From NCBI GenBank assembly GCA_965205025.1, contig CBDBFU010000015.1:413501-477500 (forward strand): a DNA stretch of 64,000 bases, written 5' to 3'. The stretch's first letter is position 1. Each line of letters opens with the position of its first letter. Under the pieces are notes generated by a model. The model was not told the origin of the DNA and made no database searches. It saw only the letters and a list, made by a program, of their open reading frames with translations. A program made the translations under genes and the position numbers. This document shows, piece after piece, positions 42,351 through 53,107 of the stretch. The stretch is from Candidatus Poribacteria bacterium (GTDB taxonomy: Bacteria; Poribacteria; WGA-4E; WGA-3G).

Positions 42351-45236
42351 ATGAAAACCAATATTCTACAAAATATTATCTCACGTTGCCACCAGCGACA
42401 TAAGAACCCGCTTTCGCAACGACGGACGACTATAAGACCTCTGCATTACAAAGGACTTCCTTACCATTTCAAAGTCTATTGTGCATTCAAATACCGTGTG
42501 ATGCTCCATGAATTGGAAGCGGCAGATATTTCCTTTATGCCGATGGGAGAATTTCCTGGCAATGACCGGCCCCCGCGTTCTTTTGACGTCGAACGTTCCT
42601 TGAAACGCCAAGAGGCGAATGACTGGGAAGCCTTCCGTTGGCATAGGTCTTGGGGAATCCTAATATGTACGGGTATTCCGTCAGCACGCAATGGCGCGGC
42701 ATGGCACGACATAGACTTTAAATATGAAGCTATCTGTGCTGCACCTGATGTTGTTCTTACCTGTATTCAAGCACTTGTTGACGCCGTTGCGAACCCATTG
42801 TTAACGATGACAATATCTGGTGGGCTGCGCTTTTCTTGCAGGATACCGGACTACCTACACCCGAACACCAAGGAAGAACGGCTGTATGTTCATAAGCATG
42901 CGCCGACGGCGGAAAATCCCCACCAGCACACTACCTATCTTGAAATTTTGGGGGAGAAGGGATATGGACGTTGGGATGCACGCCACGAACTTCTACTTGG
43001 CGATCTGTCAGACCCACCTGTGATTTCCAAAGATGTGCTTTTTCCGTCTATTAGTGCTCTTCGAGATGCACTTCACGAACCGATTCCGCAAGACCTCCCA
43101 CCCGAAGAACCCATCATCGAAGCACCAAAGTATCTCGGATCGGGTAAACTTGACCTCGCTAAAGAGGCATTTTTCAAGCGCGGGTTTTCTTACCTCAAAC
43201 AAGAGGATGAATGCCACTACTGGAGCAGGCGATATAGCAAAGTTGAAACACAGGTATCGTTGTGGGAAAGCGAAGGAAAGGTGTGGATACGTGCCTCCAC
43301 CCCTGATACTGGACTGCCTGTGCAGGCAACGCTCATCACAGATGTTTGGGAAGATACCGGCATCCTCCCCTCAATCCCCGAGACAGGGAAGCCTATGGAC
43401 GAGAAAGTACCCCCCATACGAGCTGGAGAACTCAGCCCGCTGGCAATAAAACGTTATCGTCCCGTGGTACACAAGGCAGAACATCCCATAAAGATTGATG
43501 AAACACGCGAAGAATTTTCTGTTCTGATGCAACGCGCCCTCAATAGCAGGATTAGTGCTCTTAGATTCATTCCCAATGCAGATTCAGAGAAAGACAGTGA
43601 AGTAGAATCCATCCTGCGTAATAGTGGAGCAATATGTCTAAATGTGTCAGGGGATAAGCTTACAAAAGTAAATATTCTTGAGGATCACCGAGTGTTTTTG
43701 GACCCGCAACACACAAAAATAGCGGAACAAATTCTGGAACAGCGTGATGAAACACAGCAGCTTTGTATCATCAATGTCACAAGAGAAGATGAACTCTATT
43801 TTCAATGCGAACTATCAAAAACTACATTGGAAAATTGGATCGTCAACTGGAAAGGTCATGCCTTAGGAAACTTTGCCACAGCCCTACTGAATGTAACTGA
43901 AATCATAGATAAATCTCATGACATTTCTATCAGACGACTTCGGACAGTGATACAAACCTATGAATGGCTGGAACAAGAACTCATTCGACAGATGTGTCAC
44001 GACGTTGAGGATAATCAAGAGGCACCAACAGTTTGTACGGACCCAAACTGGACCTTTTGGCATCAACTCAAACGTTTCTTTGCACATTACACAAGCGATG
44101 CTAATGCACCGATGCTGTGGGAGGACAAAGAACTCCGATTCTGGTTACCGCCAATGCTGCATCCAAACATCAAACACCTTTTGGTCACATCGCCAACTCT
44201 CAACGACGATCATCTACGACGAGTGTTTTTGGATGAGGAAACTGAGATTTTTCCCATCCAACCGATGGCGTGGGCTCCCGGAACACGCGTTTTTCAGTTT
44301 CGCTCCGATGTTTATTTACGAAAGACAATTTTAGATCTCTACAACACATGGGACGTTTTTGGGGTGTCTGAAACCGGGCAGCACATTTTTTCCAGAATAC
44401 AAAATGAAATAGAAAGGGATCCAAATGTTAAGCATGGAATTATAACCCACGTTCACACAATTAGATATTTAGATCATATCGCGAAAAATGAAAATGTCTG
44501 TTTCTTGACAGCGTTCCGACATAGAGAAGGATTAGATGCAGCTTTTCAAGAGGCGCAGATCATCTGGATTGTTGGCATGCCGGAAGTGGGAGCACGCGCC
44601 ATTTCGGATCGAAGTCAGAAATTGTTCGGAAACGACGAGAAACCCCTCTCCTATCTGACGGAACCTAAGTTTTACCCTTACCTAGATCATAGGCATTACC
44701 GGTACAAAGACGACCGCGTTCAGACCGTTTATGAGAAAGAAGCCATTCATATATTCACACAGGTTTTACAAATGGCTCAAATAAACCGTTTGCCAAACAA
44801 GACAATCATGTTGATTACGAGTTTGCGAATCCCTGAAATCACCGATAGACCCGAAACAACCCTTTTTGACTGGGGAGATCTTGATGTTGCCGGTGAGATA
44901 GACAAACTCCTCGATGTGATACCCACACGCATACATTTTGAGCAGGAAAGTGAAAAACTGACAGTTGAATCAACCAGAATAGAGGTAGAAAGGGTTTTGG
45001 GATGCTCCACGAGGCAGGCACAACGAGTGATGCAAAAACTAAGAGGTGGTGGATTAGCACGTGTCCCCTTCCGTAAACAAATTGTTGAATTTCTCGCTGA
45101 CGGAGAGAAAAAAACACCGGAAATCGTTGCGGCGATTAAAGGACATCCAAAAGCAATAAATTCAGAACTCACACGCATGGCAAAAGCAGGTACGATTGTA
45201 AAGGTCAAACGAGGGTTATATCGATTGCCTGATTGA
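42351..45236 (+). CDS. Large hypothetical protein; PrimPol-like N-terminus, C-terminal winged helix
   Basis: WHDIDF, TISGGLRF, LEILGEKGY motifs; C-term SELTRMAKAGTIVKVKRGLYRL. Confidence 0.55.
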   Translation: MKTNILQNIISRCHQRHKNPLSQRRTTIRPLHYKGLPYHFKVYCAFKYRVMLHELEAADISFMPMGEFPGNDRPPRSFDVERSLKRQEANDWEAFRWHRSWGILICTGIPSARNGAAWHDIDFKYEAICAAPDVVLTCIQALVDAVANPLLTMTISGGLRFSCRIPDYLHPNTKEERLYVHKHAPTAENPHQHTTYLEILGEKGYGRWDARHELLLGDLSDPPVISKDVLFPSISALRDALHEPIPQDLPPEEPIIEAPKYLGSGKLDLAKEAFFKRGFSYLKQEDECHYWSRRYSKVETQVSLWESEGKVWIRASTPDTGLPVQATLITDVWEDTGILPSIPETGKPMDEKVPPIRAGELSPLAIKRYRPVVHKAEHPIKIDETREEFSVLMQRALNSRISALRFIPNADSEKDSEVESILRNSGAICLNVSGDKLTKVNILEDHRVFLDPQHTKIAEQILEQRDETQQLCIINVTREDELYFQCELSKTTLENWIVNWKGHALGNFATALLNVTEIIDKSHDISIRRLRTVIQTYEWLEQELIRQMCHDVEDNQEAPTVCTDPNWTFWHQLKRFFAHYTSDANAPMLWEDKELRFWLPPMLHPNIKHLLVTSPTLNDDHLRRVFLDEETEIFPIQPMAWAPGTRVFQFRSDVYLRKTILDLYNTWDVFGVSETGQHIFSRIQNEIERDPNVKHGIITHVHTIRYLDHIAKNENVCFLTAFRHREGLDAAFQEAQIIWIVGMPEVGARAISDRSQKLFGNDEKPLSYLTEPKFYPYLDHRHYRYKDDRVQTVYEKEAIHIFTQVLQMAQINRLPNKTIMLITSLRIPEITDRPETTLFDWGDLDVAGEIDKLLDVIPTRIHFEQESEKLTVESTRIEVERVLGCSTRQAQRVMQKLRGGGLARVPFRKQIVEFLADGEKKTPEIVAAIKGHPKAINSELTRMAKAGTIVKVKRGLYRLPD

Positions 45237-45269
45237 AAGTTGTAGGTAAACTCTGTTTGCTATCAATCT

Positions 45270-48086
45270 TTAGAAAGTTTGCGCTAACCTCGCTATGGCT
45301 AACCGGCCAATTATAGGTGAACCCACAAATTGTTGGTGTTTATGATTGAGTAAGTTTTGAATCGTTAACGATAACCTCGGTTTAGGACCTAATGGAATAT
45401 CATACCCAGCATTTAAATCCACTGTGTAATACGAATCTACCTCACCAACATAAACACCGGATCTTACAGGGAATCCTTGGACGTATCGTGTTCGGAGACC
45501 CATACCTAACCCCAATCCTGGGTTTGTATATTGAATATTGGCTCCAAACTTATTTTTCGGTGCATTCAGTGCGATATTAACTTCTTCAAAGAAATCATTA
45601 CTTACGAAGGAGTAATTAGCACCAAGACTCCAATTCATATTAAGGAACAACGTTAAATTCAGATCTAATCCGTTGACTGATATGTCACCATAGTTCCGGT
45701 AAGTCAACATGACTGCGTTTGGATCAACTGCCTGTTCAGGTGTTACTGTACCGAATGGTATAAACGCAGCACCATTATTATCTGTACCTGCAACGAAGAG
45801 AGAAACTAATTCGTCCACTGCGGAACCATTACCATTTCCTCCCTGAGTAGGTGAATCAAATGCAAGTAGGGCTTGGACAAGTCCATCATTCTCAGGATCA
45901 GTTAAAGATTCCCTAATCTGTTGTTCAAGCGAAGCAGCTAATGTATCGGCATCTAAAAACACATTTGGTGTTTCAACAAACAATGGACCGATAAGATTAT
46001 TAATCCTTGAGTGGTAGACATCAGCAGAAAATGCCAATTGGTTTAGAAGGATTCCTTTATAACCAATTTCATAGGTCTGGGTAATTGTTGGCTCAAGAAC
46101 GTCAACATCATTTACATCTTCAACATCTATGAAACTTGATGTCTGCGGATCAAGTGAACGTAGTACATTCTCTACCCCTGTTACCTGTTGAGGAATAACA
46201 TTATCAAACCCCTCTAAAAGTGCTGTAACCATATCAGGGGGAAGTCCCTGTGCTGTTAAACCCGCTTCAAATACCGGCTTTGCACCACTCATCACAGCAC
46301 TTCTGGCAACACCCCACATCACATTGGTAAAAACTGGATCATTAAGAGGGAAGTATGTACCATTAGGTTGTTCAGCCAAAGCTGAGAAGGGAGATCTAAA
46401 CAATGGGGTGCCGTTTTCACTTCTCTTGAATGTAAAACCGGAATCCGAGGGTACACCTTGGGCACGGATATCGATATTTGGACTATAACCTAATGCAGGT
46501 TGGAAGTTTGCCCCTAATTTGAATGCATCGACAGATGATAAAATATCAAGGAATAGGTTTGATGTTCCTGGAGTATTAAATGCACGGTTATAGGTGATTC
46601 TAACGTTGTGATCTTCATTTGGTTGTAAGGCAAGGGCAACCCGTGGTGATAGAACAATATCATTGAGATGATTGTGCTGATCTGCTCTACCGGCGGCAAG
46701 GAACTTCAGTTGCGGCAATATATTGGTTTCCGATTGTAGATACACACCTAATTCGTTAATGTCATCTTTTTCTTCATTTACACCATTGATTGTACCTTCG
46801 GTATCTGGACGGGTTAGCAAGGCATCGAATCCGTATGTAAATCGTTGTATTTCTCCCAATCCAATACTATGCTGTATCTGTCCTACATGCAGGTTTGAAT
46901 TGTCAATAGTAGGTAAACCCGTTCTGATAACATAGGTATCACCTGCATCACTTCGATTGGTAAAAACTTGCGCGAATAAGTCTTTATAGATAAAACGTGC
47001 TTGCGCATATCCGTAATTCCAGTTCTTTGCTTGTCCAGCACCAATTCCTGTTAGTTCTATTCCTGAGGCTTGGGTTAAACCGCTTGCAAGAATAACAGTG
47101 ACATCATCACCAGGACTATAATCTACGCGAAATTCACCTCGAGCATGTGAAGTATCAAATAGAGGTGCTTGTTTCCCTTCAACATCCTCTTTTGCACGGC
47201 CCTCTTCCCAATCGTGTCCTCGAGTATAATTGCCTGTTAGTTTATATCCAACAGAATCGTTTATCACCCCCGCATGTCTAAGGGATCCAATAAATATATT
47301 ACGTTCACCTCCTCCTAAACTAACTGTTGTGCCTTGTGAAGTAAAGGGTGATCGTGTGAGAATATGCATCACACCATTGGCACTATTTGGACCGTATAAC
47401 GCTGCGCCGGGACCAGATACGACCTCTATCTGCTCAATATCTTCACTAATCGTTGGTATCAGTGTATACGCGTTAACACGAAGTGAAGGTACACTTGCAA
47501 TCCTATTATCAACAAGGGATAAGAGATTTCCTGAGAACACATTATTGAAACCACGGACAACAACATAGGATGTACCAATTCCAGATGTAATAACATCTAC
47601 TGCGCGTAAAGATTTTAGGTGTTCAGTAACACTCATTGCAGCACGATCCTGTATCTGGGTGTTATCAATTACCGCAACCGAAGCAGGTGCTTCGAGTACT
47701 TTCTCTTTACGACGAGAGGCTGTCACTGAAACTTTCTCAAGTTCAAGGATCTCTGAAGTGAGGGGTGAAAGTGCAATCTCTACAGATTTAGTTTCATCTG
47801 AAGCAAGTCGAATGTTCTTCATAATCCCTTCAGCATATTTTGTTGAAGATGTGGTAATGGTATAGTTCCCAACAGTTAATTCTTGAATTTTCAGAGAGCC
47901 ATTTACATCACTGTTCCCTTGAGCAACATTTCCGACTTCAGAATTGATTGTTATAGATACACCCATGATCGGTTTTCCTGTTTGTGAATCTTTGATTGCG
48001 ATGTCCAATGTTGCTGCGTCTGCTATTCCGACCAGTATGAATAAGGATAAAAAAAATAAAATACAAAATGCGATAGATAGTTTCAT
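45270..48086 (-). CDS. TonB-dependent receptor
   Basis: VSVTASRR, GPGAALYGPNSANGV plug motif, NLLN, terminal F. Confidence 0.95.
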   Translation of the reverse strand: MKLSIAFCILFFLSLFILVGIADAATLDIAIKDSQTGKPIMGVSITINSEVGNVAQGNSDVNGSLKIQELTVGNYTITTSSTKYAEGIMKNIRLASDETKSVEIALSPLTSEILELEKVSVTASRRKEKVLEAPASVAVIDNTQIQDRAAMSVTEHLKSLRAVDVITSGIGTSYVVVRGFNNVFSGNLLSLVDNRIASVPSLRVNAYTLIPTISEDIEQIEVVSGPGAALYGPNSANGVMHILTRSPFTSQGTTVSLGGGERNIFIGSLRHAGVINDSVGYKLTGNYTRGHDWEEGRAKEDVEGKQAPLFDTSHARGEFRVDYSPGDDVTVILASGLTQASGIELTGIGAGQAKNWNYGYAQARFIYKDLFAQVFTNRSDAGDTYVIRTGLPTIDNSNLHVGQIQHSIGLGEIQRFTYGFDALLTRPDTEGTINGVNEEKDDINELGVYLQSETNILPQLKFLAAGRADQHNHLNDIVLSPRVALALQPNEDHNVRITYNRAFNTPGTSNLFLDILSSVDAFKLGANFQPALGYSPNIDIRAQGVPSDSGFTFKRSENGTPLFRSPFSALAEQPNGTYFPLNDPVFTNVMWGVARSAVMSGAKPVFEAGLTAQGLPPDMVTALLEGFDNVIPQQVTGVENVLRSLDPQTSSFIDVEDVNDVDVLEPTITQTYEIGYKGILLNQLAFSADVYHSRINNLIGPLFVETPNVFLDADTLAASLEQQIRESLTDPENDGLVQALLAFDSPTQGGNGNGSAVDELVSLFVAGTDNNGAAFIPFGTVTPEQAVDPNAVMLTYRNYGDISVNGLDLNLTLFLNMNWSLGANYSFVSNDFFEEVNIALNAPKNKFGANIQYTNPGLGLGMGLRTRYVQGFPVRSGVYVGEVDSYYTVDLNAGYDIPLGPKPRLSLTIQNLLNHKHQQFVGSPIIGRLAIARLAQTF

Positions 48087-48199
48087 TATACTATCTCCTT
48101 TCAATCTTACGAATTGTGCTAAATAACTTTTAGTAATCAATAGTTTCACATAAATATGGCTTTGTATGAATATCCTTCATTAAGTTAATACTATCTTTA

Positions 48200-48543
48200 G
48201 TCCCGGGGAATACCTAATAAAGATTAAGTTTTAAATTCGGTAATTCCCATTTTCCCAAATCCGGTAGGCGGGGAATGCTAAATAGCATTCATACCGTTGA
48301 TTTGCGGTTTCCTAACCACGGGGAATGCTAAATAGCATTCATACCGTTGAACCGAATTTCTAACACATTACCGAATTATTATTTTAATCTTCATATGTCA
48401 TTCATACCCGGGGAATGACTTAATGGCATTCATACCGTTGATTCCTTGATTTGGTAGGGACGAAATGTTTATAGCACAAATTAAAAATCCGTGAAAACAA
48501 CAAATACAATTAAATGTAGCCCCAGCGGGGCGAAATGTGTATT
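48200..48543. repeat. Nested MITE/REP cluster
   Basis: gtccc|...|ggtagggacg hairpin split by nested elements; partner REP at 48517-48543. Confidence 0.85.
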
Positions 48544-48611
48544 CCTAAAATATCTGATAATTGTCCAAACTATAGTAATTATTTTACATAGAGATCTTAG
48601 TGTCTGTAGTA

Positions 48612-49565
48612 CTAACTTAAGAAATCTACAATTTCTTCATGAGTTGGTAGGGATGGAATTACACCGACTTTCTGAGTTGCTAATGCTCCTGCTGCGTTGG
48701 CATACCGCATGATGAAATCCAATTGATCTTTTTGCAGTGATGATAGGTTCCCATGTTTTATCAACTTACTGAGCATAGCTGCAACGAACGCATCACCTGC
48801 CCCGAGTGTGTCCACGACTTCAACATTGTAACCATCTACATATCCATCAGCATTTCCATTAGTATAATAACAACCCCGTTCTCCTAATGTTACAACAAGC
48901 AACTTCACACCGAGTTCAAGTATCCGTTCAATCCCTTGTGATAATTTCACATCACCAGTAACAAACTCCCATTCCTCTTCTGAAATCTTGACGACATCCG
49001 CGTAAGGCATCACTTCCCAAATCCATTGTTTTGCATCATCTGCGTTGTCCCACAACATCAACCGCAAATTCGGATCATAGGAGATGAATGCACCTGCTGA
49101 CTTGGCAGCTTGAATCGCTGTGAGTGTTGCTTCACGCGTCGGTGAATGGCTAAGACTAACTGACCCGTAATGAAACAATTCCGCTGACTGGATATATGTT
49201 ATATCAATTTCATCCGGTGAGAGTTGTATATCTGCCCCCGGGTGCCGGTAGAATGTAATATCTTTCATACCATCGGAACGCGTAGCTACGAAAGCTAATG
49301 TGGTTCGAGAATCCTCTCCAGCTATAAGATATTCTGTGTCGACGTTTGTTTGTTTAAGTGTTTCTGTCAAAAAGTCCCCAAACGGATCCGCACCGACTTT
49401 ACCAATGAAGCCGGCTTCTATACCAAATTTTGCCAATCCGACAGCGACGTTCGCAGGAGCACCACCAGGTGCTTTAACAAAACCTTGCGCATCAGTAAGA
49501 GTTACATCCGGTGTTGTGGAAACAAAATCAATGAGGAGTTCACCGATACATAGTGCTTTTGGCAT
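48612..49565 (-). CDS. PfkB-family carbohydrate kinase (fructokinase-like)
   Basis: GGAPANVA, YDPNLR, DTLGAGDAF. Confidence 0.95.
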   Translation of the reverse strand: MPKALCIGELLIDFVSTTPDVTLTDAQGFVKAPGGAPANVAVGLAKFGIEAGFIGKVGADPFGDFLTETLKQTNVDTEYLIAGEDSRTTLAFVATRSDGMKDITFYRHPGADIQLSPDEIDITYIQSAELFHYGSVSLSHSPTREATLTAIQAAKSAGAFISYDPNLRLMLWDNADDAKQWIWEVMPYADVVKISEEEWEFVTGDVKLSQGIERILELGVKLLVVTLGERGCYYTNGNADGYVDGYNVEVVDTLGAGDAFVAAMLSKLIKHGNLSSLQKDQLDFIMRYANAAGALATQKVGVIPSLPTHEEIVDFLS

Positions 49566-50460
49566 GGTTTTTTCCTAATCACATGGTTTCTGCAGATAAG
49601 TTCTCGCTCTCAATTTCAAATTGTTGATCGGATGCTAATTATGGCAGTAAGTTTATCAAAAGTACATTCAATTTTAAGGTGTAAAGTTTTTCCCATAAAT
49701 GGATTTAATTGTCAGGAATATCTATAATAAATCGTATTCTTACCTAATAAATTATACATGCAATTAGGAGAGGATACCGATTTATAGTATATCATTAGTC
49801 CATTGTGGAGTCAATGAAGATAGAGAGTGTGAAGTGTGTAAACTTTTTGGCATTAACAAGCATTAAATGAAACGGATCAAACATTATTATAAAATTTTTA
49901 AAAGAAATTGAAGAAAACACCCATCAATAACAACTAACATACATATATCGCAAAACAGAAGTACATATTAAGAATATCCATCAAAATGAAAATAAAATTA
50001 AAGGTTAGAACACAAACTAAAACCAATAACTATAAACAAATGACTATCCATAAAAACGATCCTAATTACAAAGTTTCATATACATCAAAAAAGCATACCT
50101 TTTTAACCGTTCGGAATCTCAAAATCAGGAAGGACAACAAAAACACAAAATCACACATTTTAGAAATTCTTATAAAGTCAATTCAAAGTGGAGTAAACCC
50201 AGTCTATGACAAGGGTTACAGGGGTAAATTACCCCAATTTCAATGTCACACCGTGTGACAAAAAGTGTAACTTTTTTCATGTTTTCTATGCATAGAGAAT
50301 GCAACAGCAACACGATCTACTGTCTGAGTATTTAGGATTAAATAACTGTTTTTAGACCTTATTTTTTATCTGTATATTAGGATTAACAATTCTAATTCAT
50401 GGGAAACTGAGTCTCTAATGATAAGTCTATTTTTATACAGTTTTGTATATCAAAAATACC

Positions 50461-50535
50461 GTACTCCAACGGGGTACTATGTGTCTATAGAAAACAATAT
50501 CTGAACAGTCTGGCACTCCAGCGGAGTGCTATGTG
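50461..50535. repeat. REP-like hairpin doublet
   Basis: gtactccaacggggtactatgtg and gcactccagcggagtgctatgtg. Confidence 0.65.
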
Positions 50536-51168
50536 CCAATACACTTCGTAGGAAAACATATAAGTACTCAATACACAATTAAGTTATATAAATATTAACG
50601 TATGTGATTCACGGAGAATTGGGCAATTAAAATTATAAACCCTTATAGAATAAGGGCTCGTAAAATTGCTCCGTGAAGGTTTCCGTGAAAGTGCTATCAT
50701 CTCAAAACGATAAATATTAACACTTTTTCCATTCACAATAATATGGATTGCAATCGTAAGTGTTTTCATATCATCAAAGGTGAAGATTGACATTGTATTA
50801 TAGAGATGCAAGATGTAAAGTCCAATATAATTGATTTCAAACTTAAGATACCCTATAATACTCATCAGATTAAGATTCGTATTTGAAGACTCATCTAATA
50901 GTACAAAAATATGATCCTGCAATAATAGGATCTGGTAGGCTTGATAGAACAATAATTACCAATCGTACACCTATCCTTTTGCCGGGTAGAATTCGTGAAA
51001 ATAAGATTTATCGTTTTAAAACTGCAGTACAGTATTAAAGGAAATAACGTATACGATCACGGTATGTACGGTTTTCTAATCGTACCAAATTAACCATACA
51101 CCTTCACACCATTAGTTCTGAGATTGCTCCTATACAAAATGTCTATTCAATTTGAAAGGTTAATCTGT

Positions 51169-52911
51169 ATGAAAACATTTACGAAAATAGCAATTATCTT
51201 AGCATTCTTACTAATTACTACAGCATACGCAGCGAATATTACAGAAGACGTAAATAACGATGGTGTCGTCAATATCCTTGACTTAACATTCATCGCTTCA
51301 CGTTTTGGTGAAAACATCGATCCATCAGAACAACCGAACCCAGATGCCAACGGTGATGGCATCGTCAACATCCGTGACTTAGTACTTGTTGCCAGCAGAC
51401 TCGGACAAAACGTATCAGATAATACTCTTATTTTTGGGCGCGGTGGTGACTCAATCACACTTGATCCCGCCAACATCGAAGATGGTGAATCAGCGAAAGT
51501 TTGTGATATGATCTACGACACACTCGTGCAATATAGAGAGAACACAACGGACCTTGAACCTGCCTTAGCCACAGCGTGGACACACTCTCCAGACGGTTTG
51601 ACATGGAAATTCAACCTACGAGAAGGGGTATATTTCCACGACGGCACTCCGTTTAACGCTGACGCTGTTGTTTTTTCATTTACACGTCCACTCGTACTGT
51701 TCCGCAATTTTCATGAAGAATTTATTAGTCAAATTATCGCACTTGATCCGTTGACAGTACAGATTCAACTCAAGACACCTTATGCACCTTTTATTAGCAC
51801 TTTAGCAGGTACATCATTCTCCATTGTCAGTCCGACAGCCGTTCACAGTCTTGGTGAAAACCCAATAGGAACGGGACCTTTCAAATTCGATCAGTGGGAT
51901 AAAGACGACAAAATCGTCCTGAATGCAAATGATGTATATTGGGCAGGCCCACCAGAATTAGATTGCCTCATCTTCCGATCCATCCCTGATAACGCTATGC
52001 GGCTAACTGAACTTCAGGCAGGAAACCTACACGTGATGGAATTTCCCAATCCAGAGGATATCTCGCTGATTCAAGCTGACATGCAACTTGAACTGCTTAT
52101 GCAGCCCAGTCTGAATGTAGGCTATTTAGCAATGAACATGGAAAAGCCACCATTTGACAACCTCAAAGTTAGACTTGCAATTAACCATGCGATTAACAAA
52201 GTTGACATAGTTGAGCGACTTTATCAAGGATTAGCCATCCCTGCAAAGAATCCTATCCCACCAACACTATGGAGCTATGACGATTCTATAAAGGACTACG
52301 AATATAATCCTGAACTCGCAAAACAACTCCTCAGGGACGCAGGTTACCCTAACGGTTTTGAGACAACGCTTTGGTCATTACCCGTGCCACGACCTTACAT
52401 TCCAGACGGGATGGCACTTGCTGAAGCGATCCAATCAGACCTGCAAAATATCGGGATTAACGCAAATATCGTTACCTTTGACTGGGGAACTTATCTAAAT
52501 AAAACGGCGTATGGAGAACACGATATGGCGATGTTAGGTTGGATCGCAGATGTAGCAGATCCGGATAACTTTTTCTATTCTCTTTTGAGTATCCCCAATG
52601 CAGAAAAACCCGCATATAATATCGCATTCTATAGAAACGAAGAGTTGCAGAAACTTCTGGATCGTGCCAGAATGAGCACTAATGAGGATGTACAAGAGTT
52701 AGATACACTTGATTTAGGTAGGGGTAGCGTGATAACTGACCGAGATATACGTACCAGACTCTATCAACAGGCACAAGCCATCATCCACAGAGACGCACCA
52801 TGGGTGCCTTTAGCACATGCACAAAGGATTTTGGTTATTAGCAAAGATGTCAAAAATCTCAGACTTTCACCGTTAGGATGGAAATACATACGCACTGCAT
52901 CATTTGAATAG
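51169..52911 (+). CDS. Dockerin-fused dipeptide/oligopeptide ABC substrate-binding protein (family 5)
   Basis: DVNNDGVVNILDL, DANGDGIVNIRDL; LREGVYFHDGTPFNADAV, PIGTGPF. Confidence 0.9.
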   Translation: MKTFTKIAIILAFLLITTAYAANITEDVNNDGVVNILDLTFIASRFGENIDPSEQPNPDANGDGIVNIRDLVLVASRLGQNVSDNTLIFGRGGDSITLDPANIEDGESAKVCDMIYDTLVQYRENTTDLEPALATAWTHSPDGLTWKFNLREGVYFHDGTPFNADAVVFSFTRPLVLFRNFHEEFISQIIALDPLTVQIQLKTPYAPFISTLAGTSFSIVSPTAVHSLGENPIGTGPFKFDQWDKDDKIVLNANDVYWAGPPELDCLIFRSIPDNAMRLTELQAGNLHVMEFPNPEDISLIQADMQLELLMQPSLNVGYLAMNMEKPPFDNLKVRLAINHAINKVDIVERLYQGLAIPAKNPIPPTLWSYDDSIKDYEYNPELAKQLLRDAGYPNGFETTLWSLPVPRPYIPDGMALAEAIQSDLQNIGINANIVTFDWGTYLNKTAYGEHDMAMLGWIADVADPDNFFYSLLSIPNAEKPAYNIAFYRNEELQKLLDRARMSTNEDVQELDTLDLGRGSVITDRDIRTRLYQQAQAIIHRDAPWVPLAHAQRILVISKDVKNLRLSPLGWKYIRTASFE

Positions 52912-53107
52912 GTGTTTGAACCAAACTTCCCAAGATTAGCAAAATTCCAGTGTTGATTCCTTGAGTCCCGGGTATGAACGCCTACAGCCGTTGATTCCGG
53001 TAAGTTTCGCGTAATGGATGTTGATTCATGAGACTAAAAAAGAAAATGTAAACTCTTAAATTGACGCTTATGGTGAACATAATCGGTTCTCTGATACTTC
53101 TATTCAG

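Noticed and set aside
50830-50875. Hammerhead ribozyme (CUGAUGA here on the minus strand and at ~58773)
   Set aside because: No stem II closing onto GAAA and no compatible stems I/III
49986-50952. ORFs 49986-50258 and 50584-50952, and a possible oriC
   Set aside because: AT-driven composition with no motifs; no DnaA-box cluster seen
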